NCBI GenBank assembly: GCA_021613535.1
Contig: CP075496.1
Span: 3,348,001-3,412,000 of the forward strand
Source: Adineta vaga
Lineage: Eukaryota; Animalia; Rotifera
DNA length: 64,000 bases
Direction of reading: 5' to 3'
Position numbers and translations under genes: made by a program. Each line of letters begins with the position of its first letter. Positions within the stretch are counted from its first letter, which is position 1. Below the pieces are notes generated by a model. It was given only the letters and a program-made list of their open reading frames with translations, ran no database searches and was not told the origin of the DNA. This document shows, in pieces, positions 1 to 12,600 of this stretch.

Positions 1-1207
1 ACAATTAAAACATGAAACATTAGAAAAAGCAAGGAATTTATTAATCAAAATTGAAGAAGCTCTTGATCAACAAGAAAAACTTAATGAAAATAATTCACGA
101 ACGAAAACCGCTGAAGAAAAACAAGAATTACAAACCATTCTTGAATCTCTTTATCAATATACAAATGAATATTATACATTAATACCATTGAATGGTTATT
201 CCGATGAAAAATTACCAATCTTAACTAATAAAGATGAATTAAAAAGGCAGAACAAAATTCTCGATGATTTATCTGATCTTGAATTATCCTATAAAATCTT
301 ATTGGGTGCACAAGCGAATTTAAAATATAGTTCACCATTGGATTATCTCTATAAATCGATAAATTGTCAATTCGAAGCGATGAATCAAAATGATATGGAA
401 TCACAAATGATTTTACGATATATTTGGGCGAGTGCAGCACAAATTGACGTTGAACAAGTTTTTAAAATTGCACGACCTAAAGAAGATGAACGATTGAGAA
501 AACGTAATTTACATAATCATTATTTATTATGGCATGGAACAAATATTTGCAATTTAATCAGTATACTTTCGCGAGGTAATTTATCTTGATTTGCATTTGA
601 TATGATGAATACTGTGTGTTTATGTAGGTCTTCTTGTTGGACCATTAGTTGCATCAGCAACTGGAAGTTTATTTGGAACGGTATGACAACATCTTCTATA
701 GATTTCATTTCTTAAATATATATCTTTTAGGGAATTTATACTGCTGATGTATTTGCAAAAAGTCTTGGTTATTGTTCTGGCGTTAAAGATAATGATCAAG
801 AGCGTTGTTTTATGCTATTATGTGAAGTTGCTCTTGGTAATATGAAAGAAGTTGGTATACAAAAAATTCAAAATGATGATGATGAAGATGAAGAGGAAGA
901 GGAAGAGGAAGAAGAAGATAGTGATGATGCAACACTAGATTTAGAGAAATTCCAAAGTCGAAAAGGTGTCGGTCGAAATATGCCCAATCCAAAACATACA
1001 ATTGTTCGCGATGATGGTTTGTTTCTGATTCTTTTCTTGATGAATAATATTCTTTTTTTTCTAATCTTAGGTGTACAAATTCCACTTGGTCAATTAATTG
1101 AAAATAAACAATCGAAAGCAGGCTATTATGGTCTTAATTACAATGAATATATTGTTTATGATGAAGCTCAAGTTGCTCTTCGTTATCTTGTTCAATTTCG
1201 TCGTTAG
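1..1207 (+). CDS. Poly(ADP-ribose) polymerase, PARP1/2/3-type, 3' part (helical regulatory + catalytic domain); 5' end lies outside the window
   Basis: Spliced (introns about 576-627, 681-730, 1018-1070). TNEYYTLIP (regulatory domain), LLWHGT, GSLFGTGIYTADVFAKSLGY, MLLCEVALG, LNYNEYIVYDEAQVALRYLV; H-Y-E triad complete. Confidence 0.93.
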
Positions 1208-1288
1208 ATTCTCATCAAATTTTAATCAAGAACTATCTTTAATTGTCGTTTTAGTCATAATACAAATAAATTCTATAGAAACTTAAAT

Positions 1289-1826
1289 TTAATCTTTGAG
1301 ATCATCAAATAATGAATCAAAAGTACTATCATCAAAATCGAATTTAGGCATTATTTCACACGTTGTTGTTTTCGTATTGGTTTGTTGAAGTTGACCTGCA
1401 GATGTAATTAAACTTTGCCAATTATAAGTTTGTTTCGTAGAAGATAAATCAGGGAGATTATTTTCATTTTGATTAATTGAAAGTGGAGTTGTCTCTTCAT
1501 CATCAGATTGTTTTTCATCCCAAGTCGACCAAGAGATAGATGGTGATTGTTTTATAGGTGAAGATTTACTAAAAAATGAATGATTTCCTTTTCGAACTTG
1601 AAGACTCAATGAAAGACTTACATTTCTGGTGGAGGTCGAGAATTATTCAATAAACGAGATATGAGAGTATCATTTAATAATCCTGGTTGAGACTGTGGCG
1701 TTGGAATAGGTATTGATTGTGGTTGTAACTGCTCGCATGGTATAGGCTCACGTTTTTGAAATGTTGGTGGAATAAAATGTGAAGATTTTGATATTTTCAT
1801 AATAGGATTTGAATCATTTTCATTCG

Positions 1827-1859
<33 letters not shown>

Positions 1860-2512
1860 GAGTACATCGTTTCATTGCTGTTGTCATTCCTGCATAACCC
1901 CACTGATTTGGATTATGTCGTTCCATTGAAGGCATTGGTGGTGGCGGTGGTTCAGCTTTAGGTACTAAACGTGGTGGAACAAATGCCTTAATCAATTAAT
2001 CCAATAAAATACTTTTCATAGTAATTCTAATAAGCCTACTGCTGATTTTGGTTTATTTTTCATCGTTGGATCATTGACAGCAAACTTTGGTCGAGGACAA
2101 GGTTGATTATCATGATTACTTTCTTCAACACTAATTAAATATCGATCTGTTTCAAATTCTCTTCCAGGTTGAATCTTTCATAGATAACAGAATCATATTT
2201 TTATCTATTAAAATCATTCATTGAAAAAACAAACTTACATCATCAATACTTGAATAAAAAACGACATCAATTTCATGTTTACCAGCAGATATCAAACGAG
2301 CCTAAAACTTTCCGATTGATACTAAAAATCAATTGAGAATACACTTGTAATCATACTGAATTCAGTGTCGGACGTGGAACTAAATATCCATCTAACCATA
2401 TCTTCACTTTCTTTGTCTTTTGTTCTGTATAAAGAACCTAATTGATTCCATCAAAAACTATATCATTCAATTAAATATTCATCAAAATACTTACTGGTAT
2501 CTGATTAGTCAT
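1289..2512 (-). CDS. Short DUF2439 (ZGRF1 N-terminal / Mte1-Dbl2-like) domain protein with low-complexity tail
   Basis: Manual splicing gives MTNQIP|VLYTEQKTKKVKIWLDGYLV...|...IQPGREFETDRYLISVEE, matching the recalled ZGRF1 N-terminus (VLYTHQKMKKSKVWQDG...KPGDDLESDRYLITVEE). Continues through ORFs 1618-1995 and 1289-1609 via a GTAAG intron. Confidence 0.82.
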
Positions 2513-2718
2513 TGTTCATCTGAAATCTAAAGTAGTACATGTGATAATTTTTCTTTTATAAAAAGATCATCATTATTATTATTATTGATATATTAAAACA
2601 AAAAAAAATATTCCTTTACAAAATAAACAATATCAAGCAAACCCAATAATAATAATAATAACAAAAAAAGGATTGTTGAAGAATTCTATTGCACATTCAC
2701 AAGAATATTCATCGTTGT

Positions 2719-4573
2719 TCATGAGAGATCAAATTCTGTCCAAATTGGACAATGATCACTAACTAAACCACCCCATTTCCATCCAGCAGGTATCCACATA
2801 CTTGTTAAATTATCTCGAATAACGCCTGATTTATCTGAAAAGAGAACCCTATCATTCAAAAAAATTTTCAATCTTATCATTCGAATTTACCTGTACTTAA
2901 CACTTTCGCTTCCGTAGAAAGCCAAATATTATCTACACAAGTTGAACCTTGTAATGTTTTCAAACTAATATTTGTATTCTGTTGAATAACATACGAATAA
3001 TTTCGTTCAACTAATGCATCGAATTCAACTGCAGTTGGTGCAATATTAAAATCACCAAAGATTACAATACGTTTTTGATCTACATGGAATAGAATGATGT
3101 AACGATCTACATATATATGAAATTTCATTGATCTTACCAACAGTATCATTCATTGCTTCAGCTAAGATTGATAAAGATAGCGCTTCATCTTTTGTTCGTT
3201 CATTTTCATTTTCATCTAATCGACGTGCTTTTAGATGAATATTAACAAAAACAAATTCATATTTATCATAAATACGAAAAATAACAATAAAAGGTAAACG
3301 TGTAAAATAATTCTTTATTGGTAATAGAGATGATTTCCTTAATTCAATACCAATTGATTCATCATAAATAAAACCAAGATATTCACTACCCTTTGAAAAA
3401 TACACTCATTTATAACTAGTTCTTATATTCGAAAAACGTACTTGAAACATTCGTCCAGATACATCACTTATTGTATATTTCCATCTTCCAATATGACGAT
3501 TCGGCCAATCTTTAATCAAAGGTATCGTCGGATTATTTAATTCTTCAATAATATATCCAAGTGCTTCTCGATTGCCTATTTCTTGTATACCAATGATGGA
3601 AAAACTAAATGAAATAAAGAAAACTCATTTTGAACAAATCTAGTTCTCGTTCTCACTTATGTTCAAGGATAATTCGACAAACCACTTCTTTCACACCTGG
3701 ATTTTGTACTTTTTCATTTGTTAATTGTTGTAAATTCCACGAAGCAAAACGAAAAATGGTTTGTTTACTTTCATAAACTGATGAAGGACGTTGTGGATTT
3801 AACGAAAGAAGAATCGTTTGTAATTCAGGTGGTAAAGTATCTAATAATAAAGATGCCATGGAAAGTGAATCCGATGTTGTATTATTATTTTTATTCAATG
3901 ATGGATAAAGATTATGAATGGATGGATCAAGTATTGATGATTCACTAACTGATGTTGGCAATCGTCGATAATCAACCGTTATATATGTACGAATACTTGC
4001 TAAAATAACGTAATCAAAACCTTTAATATTAAGTAAATCTTCAATAAAACGAAAAGGTCCTTTTCGTTCACGTCGTTGAAGTATTCGTTTGATTAGAATT
4101 GGTGTTAGACTAGGTATAGTTGATAATTGATTATATGTTGCTGTATTTAAATTAATAACATCTTGTTTCATATCATTTAATTCTTGAAATGATGAATCAA
4201 TGGAAATATCAGATCGAATACGTTCGAATAAATCATGAGTAATTCCATCTATATATAAAAGTTCATTTATACGTTTAAAACCATGATTTAATTCACGATA
4301 TTGAAGGATATCTTGAGCTATTTGACGAGTTATACCAGGTAATAATAATAATTCATCTTCAGATGCAAGATTAAGATTTATTGTATTGATAATATTGTTG
4401 TTGTTGTTGTTGTTGTTATTATTATTATTATTATTTCTATTGATTGGAAGAACTGATTGTGATTGTTCATATTTAGGTTTTGATAATAAATATCGATGAC
4501 GACGACGGTAATGATGACTGGATATCGAACTTGTATCGCCTGATGATGGAAAACAACTATTGATACCACCCAT
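2719..4573 (-). CDS. EEPD1: Endonuclease/exonuclease/phosphatase family domain-containing protein 1
   Basis: MG..C N-terminus; two ComEA-type HhH regions (INLNLAS..LPGIT, INLNTAT..); EEP motifs RFASWNL, NIHLK, FGDFN, DNIWLS and terminal SDHCPIW; five short introns. Confidence 0.93.
4396..4434 (-). repeat. (AAT)n(AAC)n microsatellite encoding a poly-Asn tract in EEPD1
   Basis: Direct reading: (ttg)n(tta)n on the + strand. Confidence 0.9.
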
Positions 4574-5234
4574 GGATCAATATTGATTAAAAGAAATCCA
4601 AATGATTCGTTTTATTATTATGTATCTGAAGAAGAAAAACAAAGTCGTGAAGTTGTTCTTAGTTTGTCTGATGAAAAAAATCTATCAATACATGGATGAT
4701 TCATCATCAAGATAGATGTTAAATGTAGACGTGCGATGAATACAACTGACGCCTATTATTTATTTGTTGTTTCTGCTATTTCATCAGTCGGAAGATGAAT
4801 GTCTGTGGATGTCGAAGGATGATAATAAATACGATCGAGAGGAGAAAAGTTTGAGAGATTATGTTTATCAAAAGACGATGTATAGACATTTTTTCGTCAC
4901 ATAGAATAATAAAAACTGTCATAAATATCGTACCATGTACCATAATCTATATGTAAGTAGCATAATGGTCGTATGCATTTATTTTCTTTTTGAAAGATCA
5001 CCGAGTGACATATGTGTACTAACATTATTTCTAAGCGTAAGAATAAGGAGAAAGAAAAATGCGTAAATATATGCATAAGTAGAAATCACTTTGATTAACA
5101 TGAAAGAAAAAAAAACGAGAGAAAGAAAGGCTTGATTTGAAATAACAAAAATAAAAAAAAATTTTTTAATAGAAAAGCGCCATCAAATGACATTACTACC
5201 AATAGTTCTTTTGAAGAGAATACCAAAACATTCT

Positions 5235-5570
5235 CTATACCATAGAAGCATAGTTGTTTAGTCTTCGCTTCGTATCACAGTATTCATAACACTGGTACTT
5301 CATATAAAACGCTAAGATTGCAATTCCAATTAAAATAACAATAAAAGTGTAACTTGTATATGATATACAACTATACCAAAGTGTACAAAATTCATTAAAT
5401 TGATCTGTTGACATCTCTTCATCATAATCATCTGGCACTTTATAATTCGCGTCAACATATTCCATTTTATCTAAACATAAAAGAAAAATAAACAACTGAA
5501 AAATTCATCACAAAATCAAACGAAACTAACTTAATAAAAGAAATAAAAAAGCAACGTATATGTTAACCAT
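5235..5570 (-). CDS. Small predicted single-pass membrane protein, unknown function
   Basis: Putative exon 1 MVNIYVAFLFLLL (hydrophobic leader), short intron, acidic segment, then TM helix FIVILIGIAILAFYM. Confidence 0.45.
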
Positions 5571-6624
5571 CCAATCTGCTTTTCTTCCAATAAGATCTAA
5601 TCGACATTAAAGAACAAAAAAATTCTTTTCCCCAGTTGTTTAAATAGACAGTACTTCGAATAAATATTTTAAACATTTCAATACTTAGTAAGGAAAGAAA
5701 AAGAAAACGCCAATAAACTTTACCTTCAACTTTTCAAGTACACCTACCGCCATTGATGCTTAGCAGCTCCGTTCTCTTAGTATAGAATTGAAATACAAAA
5801 TGACATGGATGATGATCGCATTTTAATCTTTGAAGCATTTATTTTTTTTTGGAAAAATCCAATGTAGTCCGAACGATTTGCTTTTAATGATGAACGAATG
5901 ATTATTTTTTCCATTTATCATTATCATACATACGAAATATAAATTCGTTCATTGAAAACGATTAATATCTCATTCTACAATAGTAAGATTTGAATGTTAT
6001 CTCATCGATAATATGGTGAATAGATTCATTTCTCATATCTCATATTATATTTTGAGGAGAGTAGCGCAAATCAATTGAACAAACGAAACGAACGAATCTC
6101 GTTTTTTCCTACAATGAATATTTTCTAACACAAATGGACATTTCGTTCAATAGATAGCACTAGAAAACACAATTCTACTGACATCTATCTAAATAAACAT
6201 AGTAGGACATCGATATAGACGAATCATTGTAATAAATAATACGAAAGAAAGAACGAATATTAATAATAATAAACCCTTGTTTTCATTTCATTGTTCGTTC
6301 ATATTGAATAGTGAAACAAGATATTTTGTAGAAAATCTATTAAAGCAATGAAACGGTAAATATTTATTTTACTTTCCAGAAAGATCTGATTTCAAAAGAA
6401 TCATCACATACTCAAGCCTATGATTCAATCACATCGCATCACATCTATTTTTATCACACCAATAAAACAAGGACTCTCCTTTTTTTCTTTTCATTCTGTC
6501 AAGATAACAAAATCTTATTTTATATATATATATACATACAACACACACTTTTTTACATTCTAGTTATTTGTCACTATTTATCATTTTATTCACCGAGATT
6601 TATTCAGTGTATACAACGTGTAAA

Positions 6625-7014
6625 ATGTCATCAAAACAAGTCGAAGCTGCTTCATCAACTTATTTACGATTAAAAAGTCAACGTGGCCACTGGCATGGTC
6701 AAGAACATAATCCTGCTATTGATAATTTCGAAGGCGAACGTCATTTAGCAATGATTGATTTACAAAAAACTTTAGGACAATCAGGTACATCTGCTGATGA
6801 AATTCAACGTTTAATGGGTCCACCAACAAAAACTCTCAATGAACCTGATCAAGTTCTTTTACATGAATTAAAACGTAATAATGAAAATTATCGATATCCT
6901 CAAGATACGAAAATCTGGATTTATGAATGGCGTGGTAATCATGATTATGTATATTTTCTTATATCAAAAGATAATAAAGTTATTCAATCCGATTGGTATC
7001 AAGCACTTGAATAG
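6625..7014 (+). CDS. Intronless 129-aa hypothetical protein, candidate horizontally acquired gene
   Basis: Clean globular-looking ORF from ATG 6625. Motifs EIQRLMGPP and WIYEWRGNHDYVYF..VIQSDWY recall BamE/SmpA-like small alpha/beta proteins. Confidence 0.75.
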   Translation: MSSKQVEAASSTYLRLKSQRGHWHGQEHNPAIDNFEGERHLAMIDLQKTLGQSGTSADEIQRLMGPPTKTLNEPDQVLLHELKRNNENYRYPQDTKIWIYEWRGNHDYVYFLISKDNKVIQSDWYQALE

Positions 7015-7064
7015 AGAAAAATGACCTTTTTCGACGTATATCTATACATATATATTTTTTTTAT

Positions 7065-7414
7065 CTATGAACTTTGATTTTTTATCATACGAATAAAAGA
7101 ATAAACGACAGCGAGAAAAATAAAAAGAAAAAGTAACACAAAGAATACATAGAAATTTCTTAAATTTGTTTTCGATTTTGATGATTCAGTTAGTTCTTGT
7201 TGTTGAAAACTTAATCGGCGGCCATTATTAAATGATGGTCGACGAGTTGAATGAGTAACATCAAGATTGGGCACACATTTTTGCACATTTAATACATTCC
7301 GCCTACAAAGAAAAAGAAATACAACAATAGTATAATCGTATAATAAAGAATAAATTCAAACTTTTTTCGTTTTGATATGTGACGACGAGATTCGTGTGAT
7401 AATAATCTCTCCAT
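7065..7414 (-). CDS. About 96-aa basic protein with a C-terminal transmembrane helix (tail-anchored type)
   Basis: Two exons join in frame (phase 2): MERLLSHESRRHISKRKK|RNVLNVQKC...RRPS..RRLS...FYVFFVLLFLFIFLAVVYSFI. Confidence 0.55.
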
Positions 7415-8012
7415 TTAGTCATCGATTTATCTTACTCGATTTTAATTAGATATCTATTTCTGACTTGTCATCAATAAGATAATAAGATTTCTTGTCTATT
7501 TGTCATTCAAACACATGAAGAGATGGAAAATATGTAAACATATATATATATATACAAAACAAAGAGAAAAAGTAAAGAATATAAAAGAAAATTGAACTAA
7601 ATGATGATCAAGATTGTTAATACTTGACATAGACAATCATAGATGCTTACAAGTTGTACACTATTCGTCGGAAGTTTTCTATTATTGATATGTAACTTAT
7701 ACTTCTATTCTATTGACTGTAGAAAGAATACGCGTAGTGTTTATCGAACTAACGGATGTTGATACGTTTCTTTTCTTTATACATATACATATATATATTC
7801 GTCCAGATAACCAACGAGATAGAGAAAGATCCGGTACATGAAATATTTAGCATATACTGTGCTATAATTATCATCACACGGTCTACTTGTTGTTAGTAGG
7901 AGTGATGGTGGAATATGTCTTTAGGGGAAAGACACGTTGTCAGAATTGGTTGATGAGGTTGATAAGAGTGACAAATAAAGAGAAAAGAAAGAATAATATC
8001 TAGATAAAATAC

Positions 8013-8983
8013 CTACTTATTCAATGTTGTCGTTGTTGATATCGAGGAATCCATTAGAGTAAGAAATCTTGATTTAATCGAAGTAATATTCGTTAGATAT
8101 GTTCTAGAAAAGAGAAAAGAAAACTATTCATTCGTTTTATATTCGTAATGATAGATCGATAGAAGAAATCTGTTACATATTGATCTAAGTTGGCTTGTTT
8201 TTCTTTTCTTTTCTGTATATCTATGAAATAGATTTCTTTTGTCGAAGTTTAATAAACGAAATCAAAACAAGATTCGATATAAGAATGGTGCATGTACACA
8301 TATGCTGATCAAAAGACAGACGTAATTCAAGATGAAACACAATGTAAGAGAAAAAACGTGAGGATATGACGACAATCAAAGTATATTCTATGTAGACATG
8401 TGCATACTTCTATACATATAGGGAGAGAGAGAGAGAGAGAAAGGATCAGAGAGTAAATGATATTTGGAAAAGGTAAATAAGAAAGAGATAATTTAAATGT
8501 GAAAAATATCGAATTCCATGTTATTTGAATTTATTCGTTGAATGTGGATGTGAGAATGGTGAGATGATTTTATGATAGCAAAAGAGAACGATCAATAGTG
8601 TTTTTATCACTCAATATGCATTTTTTCATAAGACCTTGCCGAAAGAAAAAGAAAGAGAAAAAAAAGAAACCATAAAAAATGATAGAAACATTCTAATATA
8701 CGAAAAATTTTGTTTCTTTCTAACACAATTGATAACTTTTTTTTGTGTAAAGTATTTCTCGAGAGAGTAGTAAACAATGTCAAAATGAGATTTTTTACAC
8801 ACTTTACCTTTGTATTGATACATCTTCATCTTCATCGTATTGAAATGAATTTTGACGGGATGAATTGTTTGATGTTGACATGGTATTTCGATGTCGTGAC
8901 ACTGACGCGGTTTCATTCGGATGTAGGATCGATTCATTTAGTTCACTTCCCGTTGAAGTTAATGGTCGACGTCCACATCGCAT
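8013..8983 (-). CDS. Possible short Ser/Thr-rich protein, or upstream exons of the 7065-7414 gene
   Basis: ORF 8804-9001 ends at an AG|GTAAAG donor; an in-frame exon at about 8018-8104 follows. No recognisable domain. Confidence 0.3.
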
Positions 8984-9653
8984 CATTTGAAATGATCTCA
9001 TAATTTCAAGATTAGTGAAGAAATAAGATTCTAATCAATATTATCTGCACTTAAATGGTATTCACATCTGTTGTTTACAAACGGGATTTCTAAAATATCA
9101 TTCTACAAGATAGAGCACAAAGAATATAAACCAAGTCTTCTATTGACTGATCGTAAAAATGATTGTTTTTCTCGTATTGACAAGTCTTTTTATCGATGCA
9201 TAAGAAAGACTAATCAATAACTAACATTCACGAGAAGAATGACAAAATGTTTTCTAATAATAAAAAATACAGAACTAAATGAACTACAAAGATCTTACCT
9301 AAACTACTGACTGAATGAATAATCAAAGTGTATCGTTTATTCCATGATGAATTCACATTTTCGATTAATTCTATTATTAAACACATAAACATCAAGGTTT
9401 TCCAATACTCCAAGCAACTATGAATCTCATCCAATCCGATGGTAATATGAAGTACAAAAGATATTCACAACAACAAATATATGTTTTATTAATGGCAAAA
9501 TAGAATGTATATATGTATGTATATATGAACAAAAGAATTGTTTGTTTTTAATGATATCATCATTTGATAAATAGAAAGAGAAAAGAAAATACGAAACAAC
9601 ATTTATAAATGAACTGTTTAAAACAAAAGTAGTACTGTTAGTCTTTATCTTAA

Positions 9654-12600
9654 TCAATATTCAAACCAATCAAAGGCTAAAACTCCACTTGATGATTGTG
9701 TCCAAAGTCCTCGAACTGATGCTGTCCATGGTCCGAGACCAGCCTGCATCAGTGTCATCGCATTTGATGCACCATATGTCAATGCATATGTATCACTAGT
9801 TTTACACACTGCAGTTGTGCCACATCGAGAGGTCGCCTAAGAAACAAAACTAGATTCATTTTCTTTCTCGAAATCAATTATTCGTACATTTGTATATTCA
9901 GTTTGATCAGTTACAGCCCATGTTAAACCACGATCATCACTTCGAATGATTGATACACCATCTTGTGCAAAACCATATAACGATTGGATTTGTTCGTTAG
10001 TATCAAAAACAAATAGATTAATATTTGCTACTGTGGAATTCAAAGCTAAAATAAAATAGAGTCAGTTGAATTTCCAAGTACAATCAAAACTTCTTACCAG
10101 TCCATTTAGCTGTTGCTGCTGTTGCATCACCATTGAAAAGAACATGACATAGATATGAAGTTCTATAAGAGAATATCAAATTAAAATCAATTAGTTGTTA
10201 TGTCGATATTACCGTGTAGTTGTTTCATCACAAACATAAACATCATTGTAATAAGTAAGACCTGTTTGACTTGCTGGTGCAACAAGTACTGTTCTTGGTT
10301 GAAGCGCATTGCTCACAGTAGGACAAACACCTGAAAAGTAAATACGAGTTCTTTTTGTCTCTGTTTTTATTTTAATTTATCTATCTTACTTGAAACAGTA
10401 ACATTTGTTGAATTTACTATTCCAGTTACATTTAAAATAAAACCTGTTGTTTTAGTTAATAAATCACTTGGTTGTACAACATCAATAATATAAATACGTA
10501 AATATCGAATCAAAAGTGAACTTGGTAATGGAACGGAATATGATGAACTACCATTAACAGGATATTTAGTTGAATCAACCGCAAAACTAACTCCATCCCA
10601 ACTATAACCCACTTGAATTGTAAGAATGGATGCAAATCCAGCTGGGACAGTCAATTGGATGCTATTAACTAATGTTAAATTACCGAAATTGATTTGCATG
10701 TAAGTACCACCAGATAACATCCATTGATTTGATCGAAATCCTGTTTGCCAACCAGCTAGGAAAAAATTAAAAACAAATTTTCTTCTTTATTCATAACAAA
10801 ATGTATCGTACTAGATCGAACTAAGGAAGCATCTGTTCCTCGAACACTGCTAGTAAATTGACAAGAATCTAGTCCACCGAGAAGTGCTGGATAACTTGAA
10901 ACTAAAAGAAATCGAAAGTAGAGTTAAAGCGAAAATGATCAACAATATTCGTCTTTACCTGATATCATTGATGTTGATAAAGAAATAATATCTGGAAAGA
11001 CAAATATCTTTGATGCAGGATAATATGCAACATTTGCTCTAAAAAGAAAATAATTTAGAGAAATTTCTTTTCGAAAACACTGGATCGAATTTACCTTGCT
11101 CGTTTCATACACAAAAATTCGTGTGGAATCGATATAACTGATGGATTATATCGTTGATAGACTAAATTCATTTGGCTCGATGTGCCGATATTTAACGTGA
11201 ACGTCAATGAACCCATATCATTAAAAAGTAATGTACCCAACTAGAAAAAAGAAATGAAAAGATAATCTATCAATAAAGATGTTATCTCAAAAAAGATTTC
11301 ATTACATTGAAAATAACATATGAACTATTATCAGTATTATAGTTTGTTCCAGACGTAGTAGAATTATAACTTTGAAATGAGATCCATGTTGGTAAATAGA
11401 TGATAATTTGAGCATTGATACATTCAGCATTGGAATTATTTGCATGACTATATTGTATTTTACCACTATAGATTGATCTAAATAAGAAAACAAAAAATAA
11501 AGATTTCTTTTTCTCAATATTCAATCATTTTCGATACCCTATTCCATAAGTTCCACTTGTTAAATCAGTACGATTCACAATCATTACTGGAAGTTCAGTT
11601 CCATTTCTGGAAACTGCATGTGAATATGCTTGTGTTCGATTACTTCCGGCATATGTTGCAGTTAAACTAACAGAAAATACATAATTTTCTTCAGCTGCTG
11701 GACTATCAGTTAGATAACCCATCGCTCGAACAACAATAAAATTGTCAGTTGCATTTGAAAAATTACTTTGAATTGTCGATATTCCTTTTGAATAAAACAT
11801 TATTTTTCTTTCAAATCAAAATAAATTTCTTCTTTCTTTACCTGTATTTGTTACTACACCTAAATCAAGTTTTGCCGTATCTTGATAAGATGAACCTGCG
11901 ATACTTGATGAATATGTCCATTGATATTTATTACCAAGAGCATATTCATACATAAATGATCCAACATTAATACCAGCAGAAAGAATTGTAGCAGATAGAA
12001 TATTAACGGTAACACTGTTGTTTACTGGCGTACTAGCAATAAGAAGTTGTAAACGTCCTTGAGAATATGTTGGTAAATAAACTTTAAAATCATATGTAAC
12101 CGATTGACGAATACCATTTTGAACAGTTGAATTACTTGCTGCTAGAACAACATTTGATGTATCATTGGACTAAAAGAAATGACTTCAATGGATTAGACGT
12201 ATTCAAATACAAATTCACTTACGAATAATATAAAACCTGTATAACCAGTATAATTCTTGACTATCAATGGATAACTAGTATTTATACTTGATTGATTGTT
12301 ATTGATTGATGCTGAAACAGTGACAGATAGTTGACTATCGACTGCAACTGTAGTTGTAACTGGAACACGAAGATTTGCTTGAACAATTAACTAATGAAGA
12401 AAAGAAAAGCGATCAATTGAGAGTAAAACTTTCAAAAAAAAAAGAACTTACTGTATTTGCTGTTTGATTTGTTGGATCAATTGGATAATAACAGAGTGTA
12501 CCAAGACCAAGATACATCGATGCATTGTATAGAGTTGATCCACCACTATAGAAGACCAACGCTCAACTTTTCTTTCAATCTCTGGAAAATTAAATGGATC

